A stretch of 64,000 bases of DNA from an uncultured Bacteroidales bacterium (GCA_964626855.1 CAZVKJ010000013.1:5482-69481), one strand, 5' to 3'; shown: positions 18,943 to 29,482, numbered from the stretch's first letter. Notes: generated by a model not told the origin, from the letters alone. Made by a program: numbers and translations.

Positions 18943-20334
18943 ATGGCAGTTAATGTTTCAATACCCAAGGGTACACGCGACTTTTCCCCTGTGGAAATGA
19001 TCCGCCGCAATTATATTTTCGACACCATAAAAAATATTTTCCAGTTATACGGTTATGTTTCCATAGAAACACCGGCTTTGGAAAACCTTTCCACATTGCT
19101 CGGAAAATACGGCGAAGAAGGTGATAAGCTGATTTACCAGATACGAAGCAATAAAAACTTACGCGATCTTTTCTCGCATGAGGTAGTAAAAGCCATTGAT
19201 ACATTTTACCCACACTGGCTCCCGCAAAAATCAGAACTCGGCTTACGGTACGATCTCACAGTACCTTTTGCCCGTTTTGTGGTGATGCACCAGAACGAGA
19301 TTACCTTCCCATTTAAGCGTTACCAGATACAACCAGTATGGCGTGCCGACAGGCCACAAAAAGGCCGCTACCGCGAGTTTTTCCAGTGTGATGTCGACAT
19401 CATCGGCAGCAACGCCCTGATCAATGAAGTGGAACTGTTGCAGATCATTGATGATATTTTTCAAAAACTCGGAATCAATATCATCATCAAACTAAACAAC
19501 CGCAAAATCTTAAGCGGCATAGCTGAAATAATCGGTGAACCCAATAGGATCATTGATATTGCTATCGCCCTCGATAAAGCCGATAAGATAGGCTGGGAAA
19601 ATGTTGCAGAAGAACTGAAACAAAGAGAGCTGAATGAAACAAGTATCGCCCGTTTTTTTGATATTTTCAGCTTCATGGAAAAAGCTACCGATCCTGCAAA
19701 CAACGGTGACTTTATACTGAAAAATCTTTCAAAGACACTGGAACATTCCGAAATCGGAAGTAAGGGTATCAGCGAGGTTAATCAGATCTTTAATTCTGTA
19801 ATAGATATAAAACCTGATATTAAAATTGAATTTGATCCGACACTTGCCCGCGGCCTCGATTATTACACGGGGGCCATTATTGAAGTGAAGGCCAAAGATG
19901 TTGCCATGGGCAGCATTTGCGGAGGCGGCCGCTATGATGATCTGACGGGGATTTTCGGGTTGCCCGGCGTTTCCGGCGTCGGTGTTTCATTTGGTGCCGA
20001 CCGAATCTATGATGTGCTGAATGAGTTGAAATTATTTCCGGAAAAAGCAGGAATCTCCACGCAGGTGCTCTTTGTGAATTTCGGGCCGGAAGAAGAAAAA
20101 TATGCCCTGCAGGCCCTGATGAAATTACGTAAAGAAGGCATTAGTGCCGAGCTCTACCCCGACAGCTCCAAGATGAAAAAACAGTTTGCTTACGCCGACG
20201 CCAAACAGATTCCTTATGTTGCAATAGCAGGCACCAACGAAATAGCATCAAACTGCTTCAAAATGAAAAATATGTCCAGCGGTGAAGAAAAAAATGTGAG
20301 TCTGGAAGACATGATGGACATGTTGAAAAAATAA
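18943..20334 (+). CDS. hisS: Histidine--tRNA ligase
   Basis: PKGTRDF, GLRYDLTVPFAR, WRADRPQKGRYREFFQCD, LARGLDYYTG, GGGRYDDL. Confidence 0.97.
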   Translation: MAVNVSIPKGTRDFSPVEMIRRNYIFDTIKNIFQLYGYVSIETPALENLSTLLGKYGEEGDKLIYQIRSNKNLRDLFSHEVVKAIDTFYPHWLPQKSELGLRYDLTVPFARFVVMHQNEITFPFKRYQIQPVWRADRPQKGRYREFFQCDVDIIGSNALINEVELLQIIDDIFQKLGINIIIKLNNRKILSGIAEIIGEPNRIIDIAIALDKADKIGWENVAEELKQRELNETSIARFFDIFSFMEKATDPANNGDFILKNLSKTLEHSEIGSKGISEVNQIFNSVIDIKPDIKIEFDPTLARGLDYYTGAIIEVKAKDVAMGSICGGGRYDDLTGIFGLPGVSGVGVSFGADRIYDVLNELKLFPEKAGISTQVLFVNFGPEEEKYALQALMKLRKEGISAELYPDSSKMKKQFAYADAKQIPYVAIAGTNEIASNCFKMKNMSSGEEKNVSLEDMMDMLKK

Positions 20335-20491
20335 TTATTTTTGACAAGAATTGTCTTGTTTATGCACAACTGGAATTTAAAATTTAAAATAAAAATCAAT
20401 CGCAGCGGCCTCTGCTGATCCTTTTGTGCTTTTCATCATTTTTTTTTACTTTCCTAATAATCGCAAATTATTAATTTAAAATTTATATGCT

Positions 20492-22030
20492 ATGACACTT
20501 ATCATAACAGGAAAAAACCTTAAAATTGAAGATGTTGTAAACGTTGCCCGCAACAATCAAAAAATCGAACTTCATCCAGATGCCGTTGACCGGATAAAAA
20601 AATGCCGCGCCATGCTCGACAAAAAAATCGAAGCGCACGAAATAATGTACGGCATTAATACCGGTATCGGGGAATTTTCGGAAATCGTACTTACCGATGA
20701 CCAGGTTCAGGATTTTCAAAAATATCTGGTGTATAACCACGCTGCTGGTATTGGCGAGCCTATGCCCATTGAGCATGTGCGTGCCGCCATGTTAAGCCGC
20801 ATCAACGTTCATGCACATGGCCACTCCGGTTGCCGCCCGGAGATCACACAAACATATGTGGAAATGCTTAATAAAGGTGTTACGCCTATGGTCTGTGTAA
20901 AAGGTTCCGTAGGTGCCTGCGGCGACCTCGCCCCTATGTCGCAGATAGCTCTGTTGCTGATGGGCGAAGGGCATGCCTATTACCAGGGGGAATTGCTTGA
21001 AGGCAAAGAAGCCATGAAACGTGCCGGCATTCCTGTGCCCGGTCTTCATGCCCGCGACGGGCTGGCAGCCATCAACGGTTCAAACTGCATCACCGGTATT
21101 TCATGCCTCATACTTCATGATGTGAATAATTTCCTGAAACAGGCAGAAATAGCCTGCGCCATGTCGCTCGAAGCGCTTAAAGCCAACCTGAAACCTTACA
21201 ACGGAAAAATTGTCGAAGTGAGGGGATTCCCGGGCGGGATGCGCAGCGCAAAAGCAATACGTACCATTACCGGCGGCGGCGACCTTGCATTGAATAAAAT
21301 TAAAGTAAAAGTCCAGGATGCTTATTCCATGCGCTCTACACCACAGGTGATCGGCGCTGCACACGATGCCGTAGCCTGGGCACGTTCGCAGGTGGAAATA
21401 GAACTCAATGGCGTGGCCGACAATCCTATTTTCTTTGCCGAAGAAAACCTCCAGCTTTCTGGAGCAAACTTCCAGGGCTCACCGGTATCGTTGCCGATGG
21501 ATATGGTGGGTGTTGCAGTGACCATGGTGTGCGTACTTTCGGAACGCCGTATGAACAGGTTGAACAACCCGGCACTGAGCGTTGGCTTACCACCATTTTT
21601 GACCAAAGGGGCCGGAATGTTCTCAGGCTTGATGCTTAGCCAGTACACAGCCGACATGCAGATCGTGGAACAAAGGATTTTATGCAGTCCTTCCAGCGTT
21701 CAGTCAATACCCGCAGCTGCCGACCAGGAAGACTTTGTATCCATGGGTATGAACGGCGTGCTGAAAAACTTGCAAATCATGGACAATGCTTACGGCATTT
21801 TAGGTATTGAATTCTTTGCTGCCGCACAGGCCCTCGACCTGCGCAACAAGCTGGAAACACCTTTTGAATTCGGAAAAGGCACAAAAGTGGCGCATAATAC
21901 AATACGCAAACATGTGGATTATCTTGAAATAGACCGCCCGCTGTATCCCGATCATAACAAGATGAAAGCGCTCGTGAAATCCTGTGAGATTTTACATGAA
22001 GTGGAAAAAGAAGTAGGCAGCCTGGAATAA
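20492..22030 (+). CDS. hutH: Histidine/aromatic amino acid ammonia-lyase (MIO family), Ala-Cys-Gly variant
   Basis: YGINTGIG, YNHAAG, GSVGACGDLAP, DAYSMRSTPQV, DNP, GANF, QEDFVSMG. Confidence 0.85.
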   Translation: MTLIITGKNLKIEDVVNVARNNQKIELHPDAVDRIKKCRAMLDKKIEAHEIMYGINTGIGEFSEIVLTDDQVQDFQKYLVYNHAAGIGEPMPIEHVRAAMLSRINVHAHGHSGCRPEITQTYVEMLNKGVTPMVCVKGSVGACGDLAPMSQIALLLMGEGHAYYQGELLEGKEAMKRAGIPVPGLHARDGLAAINGSNCITGISCLILHDVNNFLKQAEIACAMSLEALKANLKPYNGKIVEVRGFPGGMRSAKAIRTITGGGDLALNKIKVKVQDAYSMRSTPQVIGAAHDAVAWARSQVEIELNGVADNPIFFAEENLQLSGANFQGSPVSLPMDMVGVAVTMVCVLSERRMNRLNNPALSVGLPPFLTKGAGMFSGLMLSQYTADMQIVEQRILCSPSSVQSIPAAADQEDFVSMGMNGVLKNLQIMDNAYGILGIEFFAAAQALDLRNKLETPFEFGKGTKVAHNTIRKHVDYLEIDRPLYPDHNKMKALVKSCEILHEVEKEVGSLE

Positions 22031-22062
22031 AGGATCATGTAATAATCGTAAACATATAATGC

Positions 22063-22095
22063 AAAAAAACTGCCTCGATTCGGGGCAGTTTTTTT
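22063..22095. terminator. Bidirectional intrinsic terminator
   Basis: AAAAAAACTGCC TCGATTCGG GGCAGTTTTTTT hairpin between convergent genes. Confidence 0.85.
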
Positions 22096-22211
22096 ATGGG
22101 TATTAATTACAATTATAAAGTCAGGACACTGCCATTAAACAGGCCACCATTCATATTACAAGCCGGATTGCATAGCCAGCCCGGTTTATGTGTATCCTCT
22201 TGCTTCACGTA

Positions 22212-25200
22212 TTATTTGATCATCTTTAACACGAGGCTCTTTGACGTTTCCTTTCCAATAAACTCAAGCCTGAAAGTATAAATACCCGTCGGAAGGCCTT
22301 TGGTGTTCAATAATACCGTATGGCTGCCTTTGGTTTCATATCTGTTAACCACCACATCAACCAATTCGCCTATCGAATTATATACTTTCAATTCGGCAGA
22401 ACCGGCCTCCGGCAGGTTATAAGCGATAGTAACTTCATCCTTAACGGGATTTGGATAACCTGTGAATTCAAAACCTGCATCAGTATTATTGCCCTGGATG
22501 AATACTTTTGGCATCACAAGATAGTTGCCGCTTTCTTCGCCGAATTTATTAGCAATAACACCCGTACCCGAAAGATTAAAATCCTGCTCGCCAGTTTTCA
22601 TTTCGCTGTCGGACCTGAATCCCAGCCGTATCAGCTCGTCATTGGCGGCAACATTATAACTGTTAATAGTTGCATAGACAACCCTCACAATATTATTTTC
22701 ATCGGTTACCAATAAATCATCATTCTCAGCAATGATTTCGTCCAGTGTGGGGTTGATCTTAACTGTGCCGTTTTTATGATCAGCCCGGGGCATATAAGCG
22801 CTCACGAGCCTGAATCCCTGCGGATAGCTCAGTTCCAATCCCATTGTCGAAAAGTCATCTGATTTAGAATTGATCCTCAATGGCACTTCAAAATAGGTCG
22901 GGTCGGCTGAAGTTATATATTCATCAGATACAACAACAATATCTGTTGGCAGCGATTTCCCCTGTCCCCAGGTGTTCACATCATTCAAATACTTACTGTT
23001 GGAAGCATTATAGTCAGCATAACAAATAGTTTTCAAGTTGGCATTTACATCAGCGCCGGCCACAGTTACCAGCGTGTCAAGAGCTACCCAGTTGCCTTTC
23101 GGGAAATTTCTGCTTGCAGTAGCCGGTGATCCAATCTTTGCCTTGATTCTCGCTATATCAATGGCGTTTACCGACATATTGTTATCAACATCCGCTGCCT
23201 TTTTGTACTTCTTACCAAATGACCTCGATGGATCAATCAGCGTGTCGGTATTTACCAGGAATTTTATTAATGAAACATCTATTGCATTTTCATCATTTCC
23301 CCACTGCATGGTGTCTGCGGAATATTTATCATAGGACAGCAGATAAGTGCCGCTTGAAATATTATTGAACTGATAAGACCCAAGGGCATCACTCGTATCT
23401 CTTGCTAATTCAATCCCTCCGGGATAGGACTTTAAAATCACAACGACCTGGTCAATATTATACAACACCTGGTTATAGGTGGGATAATTACCTGTTGTGC
23501 CGGTGTTGGCCTTAGCGGCATAACGGGTCTTACCGCTTATGGTATATTTATTAATACCGGCCTGTATCGTGACATTCTGTGTGGTAACATCCGAACAATT
23601 GCCGTTGTCGGCGATCAGCGTTACCGTGTATGTCCCTGCTGTGGCGTAGGTATGGCCTGGATTTACATCTGTGCTTGTTGAGCCATCGCCAAAAGCCCAT
23701 AAATAGGAAGTGGCATTGGTTGATGTGTTAGTGAAATTAACGGTGGAAGAAGCCACAGAACTTGTAAATGCAGCAACCGGCTCGCTGAGTATAGTTGCCG
23801 TCACTGGTGTGCGCGCACTGATGCAGTCGGCTGTTTTGATTTGCCAGTTATAGTATGGGCCATACCGGTTGGAGGTAGTGCATCCGGTGATGCTTATTAA
23901 ACCCGAAAGTGTATAAGGGTATGTTGCTGATGAAAGCCTGTACATGCTGGTACTTGAGGGCCCTACAAGACGCAATCCCGTACCGGTGGGAACAGACCAG
24001 TTTAATGTAACCGTGCTTGAACCTGCGGGAACAGCATATGTGCCGGACTGAAGCACCGTACCGCCTGAATTTGTCAACTTGATCAATATACTTCCGGCTG
24101 TTTGTTTGTTAACGGCCACAGATACCAGTGTTACCGGGGTGTAACAATCGAAAATCAAAGAATATACTGAACTTGAATATGAACCTCCGCTGGTGCTGTT
24201 TGTAGGCCCGACAGTCTGGGTTGGCCCTGAAACATTATTCCCGGCATAGTACGTTGTAGTAGCTGTCAATGAAGGTGTTGTAAATGTATTGCCTGTTCCA
24301 AGGTCAGTGCCTGCCACTGGCAGGTCATACCAGTGTATAGTACCTGATGCTGTAGCATTTAATGTTAAGGTTCCGGTTCCGCAACGTGAGCCGTCTGTGG
24401 CAACAGGAATATCAGAACCAACGGTGATGTATGCATTTTTTGTTTCCACATCGCTTCCGCAAATACCGGCGGAAGAAGTCAGGACAACATTGTAAGTTCC
24501 CAGCGCAGTATAACTATGGGTAGGATTAGCATCGGTGCTGGTATTTCCATCACCGAAGTCCCAAACATATGAAGTAGCGTTGGCGCTCGTATTCGTAAAT
24601 GTGACCGACAGGGGGGTGGTGCATGATTGTGTTGCCGAACCCGTGAAATCAGCGGATACAACTAAATTTTCGGCCATAATGGAAACAGACTTGCTGTCAT
24701 TAGTCTGGTTTTGGTCGGCCAACCCGTTAGGTAATGACGTGACGGCTGTAAATGTGCTTGCTCCTGAAGGGACAGTAATTGCAGGCAAATTTATATTTAT
24801 GCTCTGTCCGCTGGCGAGGCTGCCGCTCCAGTTATAAATCTGCTGGCTGCCGCCCGTGATCTGGTATGTGATCCGGAAGTTTGTCAGCGTGGTGGTACCC
24901 GAATTACGGACTGTAACTTGGGGGGCAACACTTATATTACTGCAATTATATGAAGCTTCCGGGCTGTTGATGCTGACCATCTGTGCATCTAACGGAATAC
25001 TGGCGGCTATCACATGCAGCAAACCAATATAAGGCCGTTTGTTTTGTTTTGTCACCACCACATCCAACGTGTCAGCCTGGGTAATCGCGCTGAAATTCAA
25101 TGTAGTAACACCGCCAGCAGGAGCAAGTTCCGCATCCAGTAATACACCGGCATGAGAAATTGCCACATAGGCATCTTCTTCAGTTGTCACCACCAGCGAG

Positions 25201-27071
25201 CTGATACCGACATTCTGCGGGTCGGTATAGGTTACCGTCAACGGATCAGGCACAGAAAAATAATTCATCACTGATGGGTCACCCATGAGATGGTATTCTT
25301 CCCAGTAATACTGCTTCATTGTTGAGGAACTTTGTTCAACAGCAAGTAAGCCGGCATACCTCATCTGATCGTTTGTATAATACCAGGAAGCTTTAGGCTG
25401 GCCTTTATCATGAAAAATGCAGTCGTAGGCTCCTAAAGCGCTTGCATTATATGTAGGATTTGAGGTTATATTACTGCGCGCACCCACACCCCAATAATAA
25501 TCTTCATCCCAATATGAATAGTTTGATGCTCCTATATAGCCTACTGCCCCTTTATTGGAGTAAGCACGTAACAGAGCTTCACCGAAGCATTCCGAATCAT
25601 AAAAGGTATTTGACTGGCAGCAATTTCCTACTAATAATCCATATTTATTGTTATTGTACATGCTTGCAATCTGTGATGTAGAAAATCCCGGTGTGCCCCA
25701 GCCTGAGGAACCGCAATGTGCGGTATAATTTGCATATCCCACACCTTTGTATAAATTTGCCCTCATTGCAGCTCCCGCAATGGCTTCGGTATTATTGGGA
25801 TCCAGATAAGTATAGGAATATATTCCATGTGCCGCATTAAAATAATTATTGGTACCATAATTCAGCTGTCCGTTACCATATGTGGCATCATAACCATAAC
25901 TATCATAGCCGGCAACCATTACCACGGTATCCATATATGTGGCCGATGGCATCTGGTACTTTTCATAGAGCAGTGTTTTGTTTACCTGGTTGGTCACGTG
26001 GGTGGTTGTTGTTGCGCTGAAACGCCCGTAATACATATCGGGAATATAATCACTGCCGCTATCGAACGTAAATGTATAAAGATCGGTCATAGTTGTATTA
26101 TCATCAATGCCCGTATTTGTTCCAATTTGTGCAACATCACCCACAATAAGTGCGAAGGTAGGTGCAGGGTCCAAAGCTGTGCCGGCAGTATAAAGCCCTT
26201 GCAAATAGGTTTTCACAGTGGCAGCCGTTTGTGCTGATGTATAATACTTTTCAATTACATTAAATCCTTTCTGACGTTTCCAGTAAACGAATGGCTGCAA
26301 TGCTACCTGAAAGGTAGTGAGCGATACGATCACATATTTTATGGGATACTTTGAAAGGGCATCTTTTGCTAAAGGTTCCGTATGGTTTATAAGAGCGTTT
26401 AATGAAGATTCAAAATAGGGAGAATAATATTTTTCCTTTATTTGTTCTGTAAGCTGAATATCGGGATGCTTAAAAACAACCTCAAAAACGAGGTCGTTAT
26501 ACACTTTTAATATATTTGTCACCGGATTGTAACGGAATGGCGCTATGGTCAGGTTTGCCATACGCACTCCCCTCATAATGCCCGACATGGCAACGCTTAC
26601 TATATCGTTAGTATTATATGCATTTATCTGGTAAAATGCCTGGTCATAATAAAATGGTATTTCATTTACGTTGGCGCTTTTTGAAATGCTTGGCTGCGAA
26701 GGCATGATCTTTTGAACAATGCCCCGGCCAGCTAAATCAATCGTTTGCTCATTATAGCTGATAATATTCACCTGCATCTCCGCGCCATAAGGCACTTCGA
26801 TCAGCTTATTCAACACAGGCAATTCCGGCCTGCCGTTATTATATATTTTTGTAAAGCCGGGGCAGCCAATTTCAATAAAATTACCCGAAACAGTCGATAC
26901 ATTTATTGTATTTATCTTGTCAAAAGAAGTTTTAACTTTTAATCTATACGAACTCTTTTCAAGTAAATTAAAGTCACTTTTTGCAGAGCTCAATTTGATC
27001 TCCACCTGTGCATAGGTGTTCACAACCATTATGCAAAACAGTAGAGCAAGGATTTTTGGAATTTTTTTCAT
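22212..27071 (-). CDS. C25 (gingipain-like) cysteine peptidase with propeptide, C25_C, CARDB, two PKD domains, an Ig-like module, a dockerin-like/cohesin-like region and a T9SS CTD
   Basis: GRPELP propeptide; LIVGD; PDMYYGRFSA; NYTAHC (catalytic His) and GNCCQS (catalytic Cys); YHLMGDP; two SY.W.FGDG PKD motifs; YPNP...LPTGIYTF CTD. Confidence 0.92.
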   Translation of the reverse strand: MKKIPKILALLFCIMVVNTYAQVEIKLSSAKSDFNLLEKSSYRLKVKTSFDKINTINVSTVSGNFIEIGCPGFTKIYNNGRPELPVLNKLIEVPYGAEMQVNIISYNEQTIDLAGRGIVQKIMPSQPSISKSANVNEIPFYYDQAFYQINAYNTNDIVSVAMSGIMRGVRMANLTIAPFRYNPVTNILKVYNDLVFEVVFKHPDIQLTEQIKEKYYSPYFESSLNALINHTEPLAKDALSKYPIKYVIVSLTTFQVALQPFVYWKRQKGFNVIEKYYTSAQTAATVKTYLQGLYTAGTALDPAPTFALIVGDVAQIGTNTGIDDNTTMTDLYTFTFDSGSDYIPDMYYGRFSATTTTHVTNQVNKTLLYEKYQMPSATYMDTVVMVAGYDSYGYDATYGNGQLNYGTNNYFNAAHGIYSYTYLDPNNTEAIAGAAMRANLYKGVGYANYTAHCGSSGWGTPGFSTSQIASMYNNNKYGLLVGNCCQSNTFYDSECFGEALLRAYSNKGAVGYIGASNYSYWDEDYYWGVGARSNITSNPTYNASALGAYDCIFHDKGQPKASWYYTNDQMRYAGLLAVEQSSSTMKQYYWEEYHLMGDPSVMNYFSVPDPLTVTYTDPQNVGISSLVVTTEEDAYVAISHAGVLLDAELAPAGGVTTLNFSAITQADTLDVVVTKQNKRPYIGLLHVIAASIPLDAQMVSINSPEASYNCSNISVAPQVTVRNSGTTTLTNFRITYQITGGSQQIYNWSGSLASGQSININLPAITVPSGASTFTAVTSLPNGLADQNQTNDSKSVSIMAENLVVSADFTGSATQSCTTPLSVTFTNTSANATSYVWDFGDGNTSTDANPTHSYTALGTYNVVLTSSAGICGSDVETKNAYITVGSDIPVATDGSRCGTGTLTLNATASGTIHWYDLPVAGTDLGTGNTFTTPSLTATTTYYAGNNVSGPTQTVGPTNSTSGGSYSSSVYSLIFDCYTPVTLVSVAVNKQTAGSILIKLTNSGGTVLQSGTYAVPAGSSTVTLNWSVPTGTGLRLVGPSSTSMYRLSSATYPYTLSGLISITGCTTSNRYGPYYNWQIKTADCISARTPVTATILSEPVAAFTSSVASSTVNFTNTSTNATSYLWAFGDGSTSTDVNPGHTYATAGTYTVTLIADNGNCSDVTTQNVTIQAGINKYTISGKTRYAAKANTGTTGNYPTYNQVLYNIDQVVVILKSYPGGIELARDTSDALGSYQFNNISSGTYLLSYDKYSADTMQWGNDENAIDVSLIKFLVNTDTLIDPSRSFGKKYKKAADVDNNMSVNAIDIARIKAKIGSPATASRNFPKGNWVALDTLVTVAGADVNANLKTICYADYNASNSKYLNDVNTWGQGKSLPTDIVVVSDEYITSADPTYFEVPLRINSKSDDFSTMGLELSYPQGFRLVSAYMPRADHKNGTVKINPTLDEIIAENDDLLVTDENNIVRVVYATINSYNVAANDELIRLGFRSDSEMKTGEQDFNLSGTGVIANKFGEESGNYLVMPKVFIQGNNTDAGFEFTGYPNPVKDEVTIAYNLPEAGSAELKVYNSIGELVDVVVNRYETKGSHTVLLNTKGLPTGIYTFRLEFIGKETSKSLVLKMIK

Positions 27072-27371
27072 AACAAAAAACTATTAGTTTTCAATAAATG
27101 TTCAATCTTACTAATAAAGGTGGTTATCATAATGAAATTAAAGTGTCAAAGAAAATGTGTGATTTTCGATAACAAGCAATGAAAATACATTAATCATCGA
27201 TAAGAATTAAAATACTCGGCATATAAATCAATTATTTATTGTAAAAATAGTCAATAATTTAATTATTTAAAGCATTTTACCGAAAATTTTTAATTTTAAT
27301 CAAACAGGCATTTTGAGTAAAACATCATTTTAGTGGTACATTATAATTTCTGCGGATTATTATAAATCAAT

Positions 27372-27379
27372 TATCTTTG
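27372..27379 (+). promoter_or_regulatory. Bacteroidota sigma-A -7 element for yidC
   Basis: TATCTTTG matches TAnnTTTG, 26 nt before the ATG. Confidence 0.65.
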
Positions 27380-27405
27380 CAGGTCAATTAAAGGCCATAC
27401 AAAAC

Positions 27406-29379
27406 ATGAATAAAAGCACAATAAACACTATTATCGGGATAGCTCTGATCTTTGCTATACTTGTCGGCTACAGTTTATTTACTGCCCCATCAAAAGAAGA
27501 TATTCAGAAACTAAAAAAGAAACAAGACTCGACATATAAGGCACAAAAACAACAATTCACCATAGATTCAACAGCCCTTGTCAATGACTCTATCCTAAAA
27601 AAACAAAAACAGGATTCTGTAAGTCAGCTTCCTATAAAAGATACGTTGGCTGTTAAAAAAGCAGACTCTACGGCTATTTTAGATAATAAATACGGAAAGT
27701 TTTCTGCTTCGGCGAAAGGTGAAAACAAGCACTTCATTCTTGAAGACTCACTGGTTAAAATTAAACTTTCTTCCAAAGGAGGTGGTATATCATATGTTGA
27801 AATGAAAACATATAAAACATTTGATGGTAAGCCGCTGATCCTTTTCAATACTGATAGTTCAAATTACGACCTCACCTTTCTTTCAGGCTATAAAGATGTA
27901 AATACCGGCGGCTTGTATTTTGAACCTTTTTACACCGATAAACGTTTTATTGGAAAAGATTCTCTTTATATCCGCGGTAAAGATTCTGTTAGTTTTGCAC
28001 TTCGTTTATATCCCAACAGCGCTGATACATCTGATGCTTTTGGTAAAAACAAATCAAAATATATTGAGTTCCTGTACACACTGAGGGGTGGTGATTATAT
28101 GATGCATTTCAGCATCAACCTGGTAAATATGCAGGATATCATTGATGCCAATAGCTCTTATCTGGCATTTGACTGGAAATTAAATCTGAAGCAACAGGAA
28201 AAAAGCTTATCAAATGAATTGCTGAACACCGGTGTTTATTACAAACCTGTGGACGATAAAGTTGACTATTTAAAGGAAAACAAGGATGATAAAAAGGAAA
28301 AACTTCCCGGCCTGAAGTGGATATCATTCAAACAACAGTTTTTCTCTGCCACACTGATATCAAAAGAGGGATTTAAAGAGTCATCTCTAGAAATAGTACA
28401 GAAAAAAGACACCTTATTCCCGGGCTACCTCAAAACGCTTACGGCCTCCATAACATTTCCTTATAACAACTCACAGAACATGAATTTCCCGATGTCGGTA
28501 TACTTCGGGCCTAATAAATATAAAACATTACGCTCCTACGATCTTGACCTTGAGCGCCAGATACCTTTGGGCTGGGGTTTCTTCTTACTGCAATGGATCA
28601 ACAGATTTGCCGTCATTCCTGTTTTCAACCTGCTCAACCAAACCGGGATGAATTATGGTATTATCATTCTCATTCTTACCATACTATTAAAAATTGTGTT
28701 ATTGCCTATCGCCTATAAAACCTATATTTCATCGGCACGCATGAGGGTTTTAAAGCCTGAGGTCGATGAAATCTCACAAAAATTCCCAAAAAAGGAAGAC
28801 GCCATGAAAAAACAACAGGCAACAATGGCAATGTATAAAAAGGCAGGTATTAATCCAATGGCGGGTTGTGTGCCTATGCTGCTTCAAATGCCTATTCTCA
28901 TTGCTTTGTATCGTTTTTTCCCGGCTTCAATAGAGTTAAGGCAACAGAGCTTCCTATGGGCAACCGACCTTTCTACATATGATTCGATATGGACATTCCC
29001 AAACCATTTCAGCATACCCTTCTATGGCGACCATGTGAGTTTATTCACCTTATTGATGACGATATCTACCATCATTTATACCAAAATGAACAACCAGATG
29101 ATGGCAACTCAATCGCAACCAGGTATGAAATTCATGACATATGCAATGCCGGTCATGTTCCTCGGCTTTTTTAATAACTTTTCTGCTGGATTAAGCTATT
29201 ATTACTTGCTCGCCAACCTGATCACATTCCTCCAGATGTTCCTGTTCAGAAAATTTGTGAATGAAGAAAAGATTCATGCCCGCATCCAGGAAAACAAGAA
29301 AAAACCGGTGAAAGTTTCCGGGTTCCAGAAACGCCTGGAAGATATGGCAAAAAAAAGAGGATACCCTGTAAAAAAATAA
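27406..29379 (+). CDS. yidC: Membrane protein insertase YidC
   Basis: YFGPN, LGWG, NYGIIILILT, GINPMAGCVPMLLQMP, FLWATDLS, AGLSYYY. Confidence 0.96.
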   Translation: MNKSTINTIIGIALIFAILVGYSLFTAPSKEDIQKLKKKQDSTYKAQKQQFTIDSTALVNDSILKKQKQDSVSQLPIKDTLAVKKADSTAILDNKYGKFSASAKGENKHFILEDSLVKIKLSSKGGGISYVEMKTYKTFDGKPLILFNTDSSNYDLTFLSGYKDVNTGGLYFEPFYTDKRFIGKDSLYIRGKDSVSFALRLYPNSADTSDAFGKNKSKYIEFLYTLRGGDYMMHFSINLVNMQDIIDANSSYLAFDWKLNLKQQEKSLSNELLNTGVYYKPVDDKVDYLKENKDDKKEKLPGLKWISFKQQFFSATLISKEGFKESSLEIVQKKDTLFPGYLKTLTASITFPYNNSQNMNFPMSVYFGPNKYKTLRSYDLDLERQIPLGWGFFLLQWINRFAVIPVFNLLNQTGMNYGIIILILTILLKIVLLPIAYKTYISSARMRVLKPEVDEISQKFPKKEDAMKKQQATMAMYKKAGINPMAGCVPMLLQMPILIALYRFFPASIELRQQSFLWATDLSTYDSIWTFPNHFSIPFYGDHVSLFTLLMTISTIIYTKMNNQMMATQSQPGMKFMTYAMPVMFLGFFNNFSAGLSYYYLLANLITFLQMFLFRKFVNEEKIHARIQENKKKPVKVSGFQKRLEDMAKKRGYPVKK

Positions 29380-29482
29380 GAGGGCATCTCGCAATAATCT
29401 GACACATTGGAAGTAATTTCATGTTGAGTAGTCCGGTTTGGAAGATACTTTTATGTAAACACTCCGGGCAGATATTGAAACT

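Noticed and set aside
18762..19010. 82-aa minus-strand ORF ending AAKTQRH
   Set aside because: Runs through the palindromic repeat and overlaps the hisS start; a repeat-derived artefact.
20335..20491. Histidine-responsive attenuator or riboswitch between hisS and the lyase
   Set aside because: Only a weak GC patch (CGCAGCGGCCTCTGCTG); no His-codon leader peptide or recognisable aptamer.
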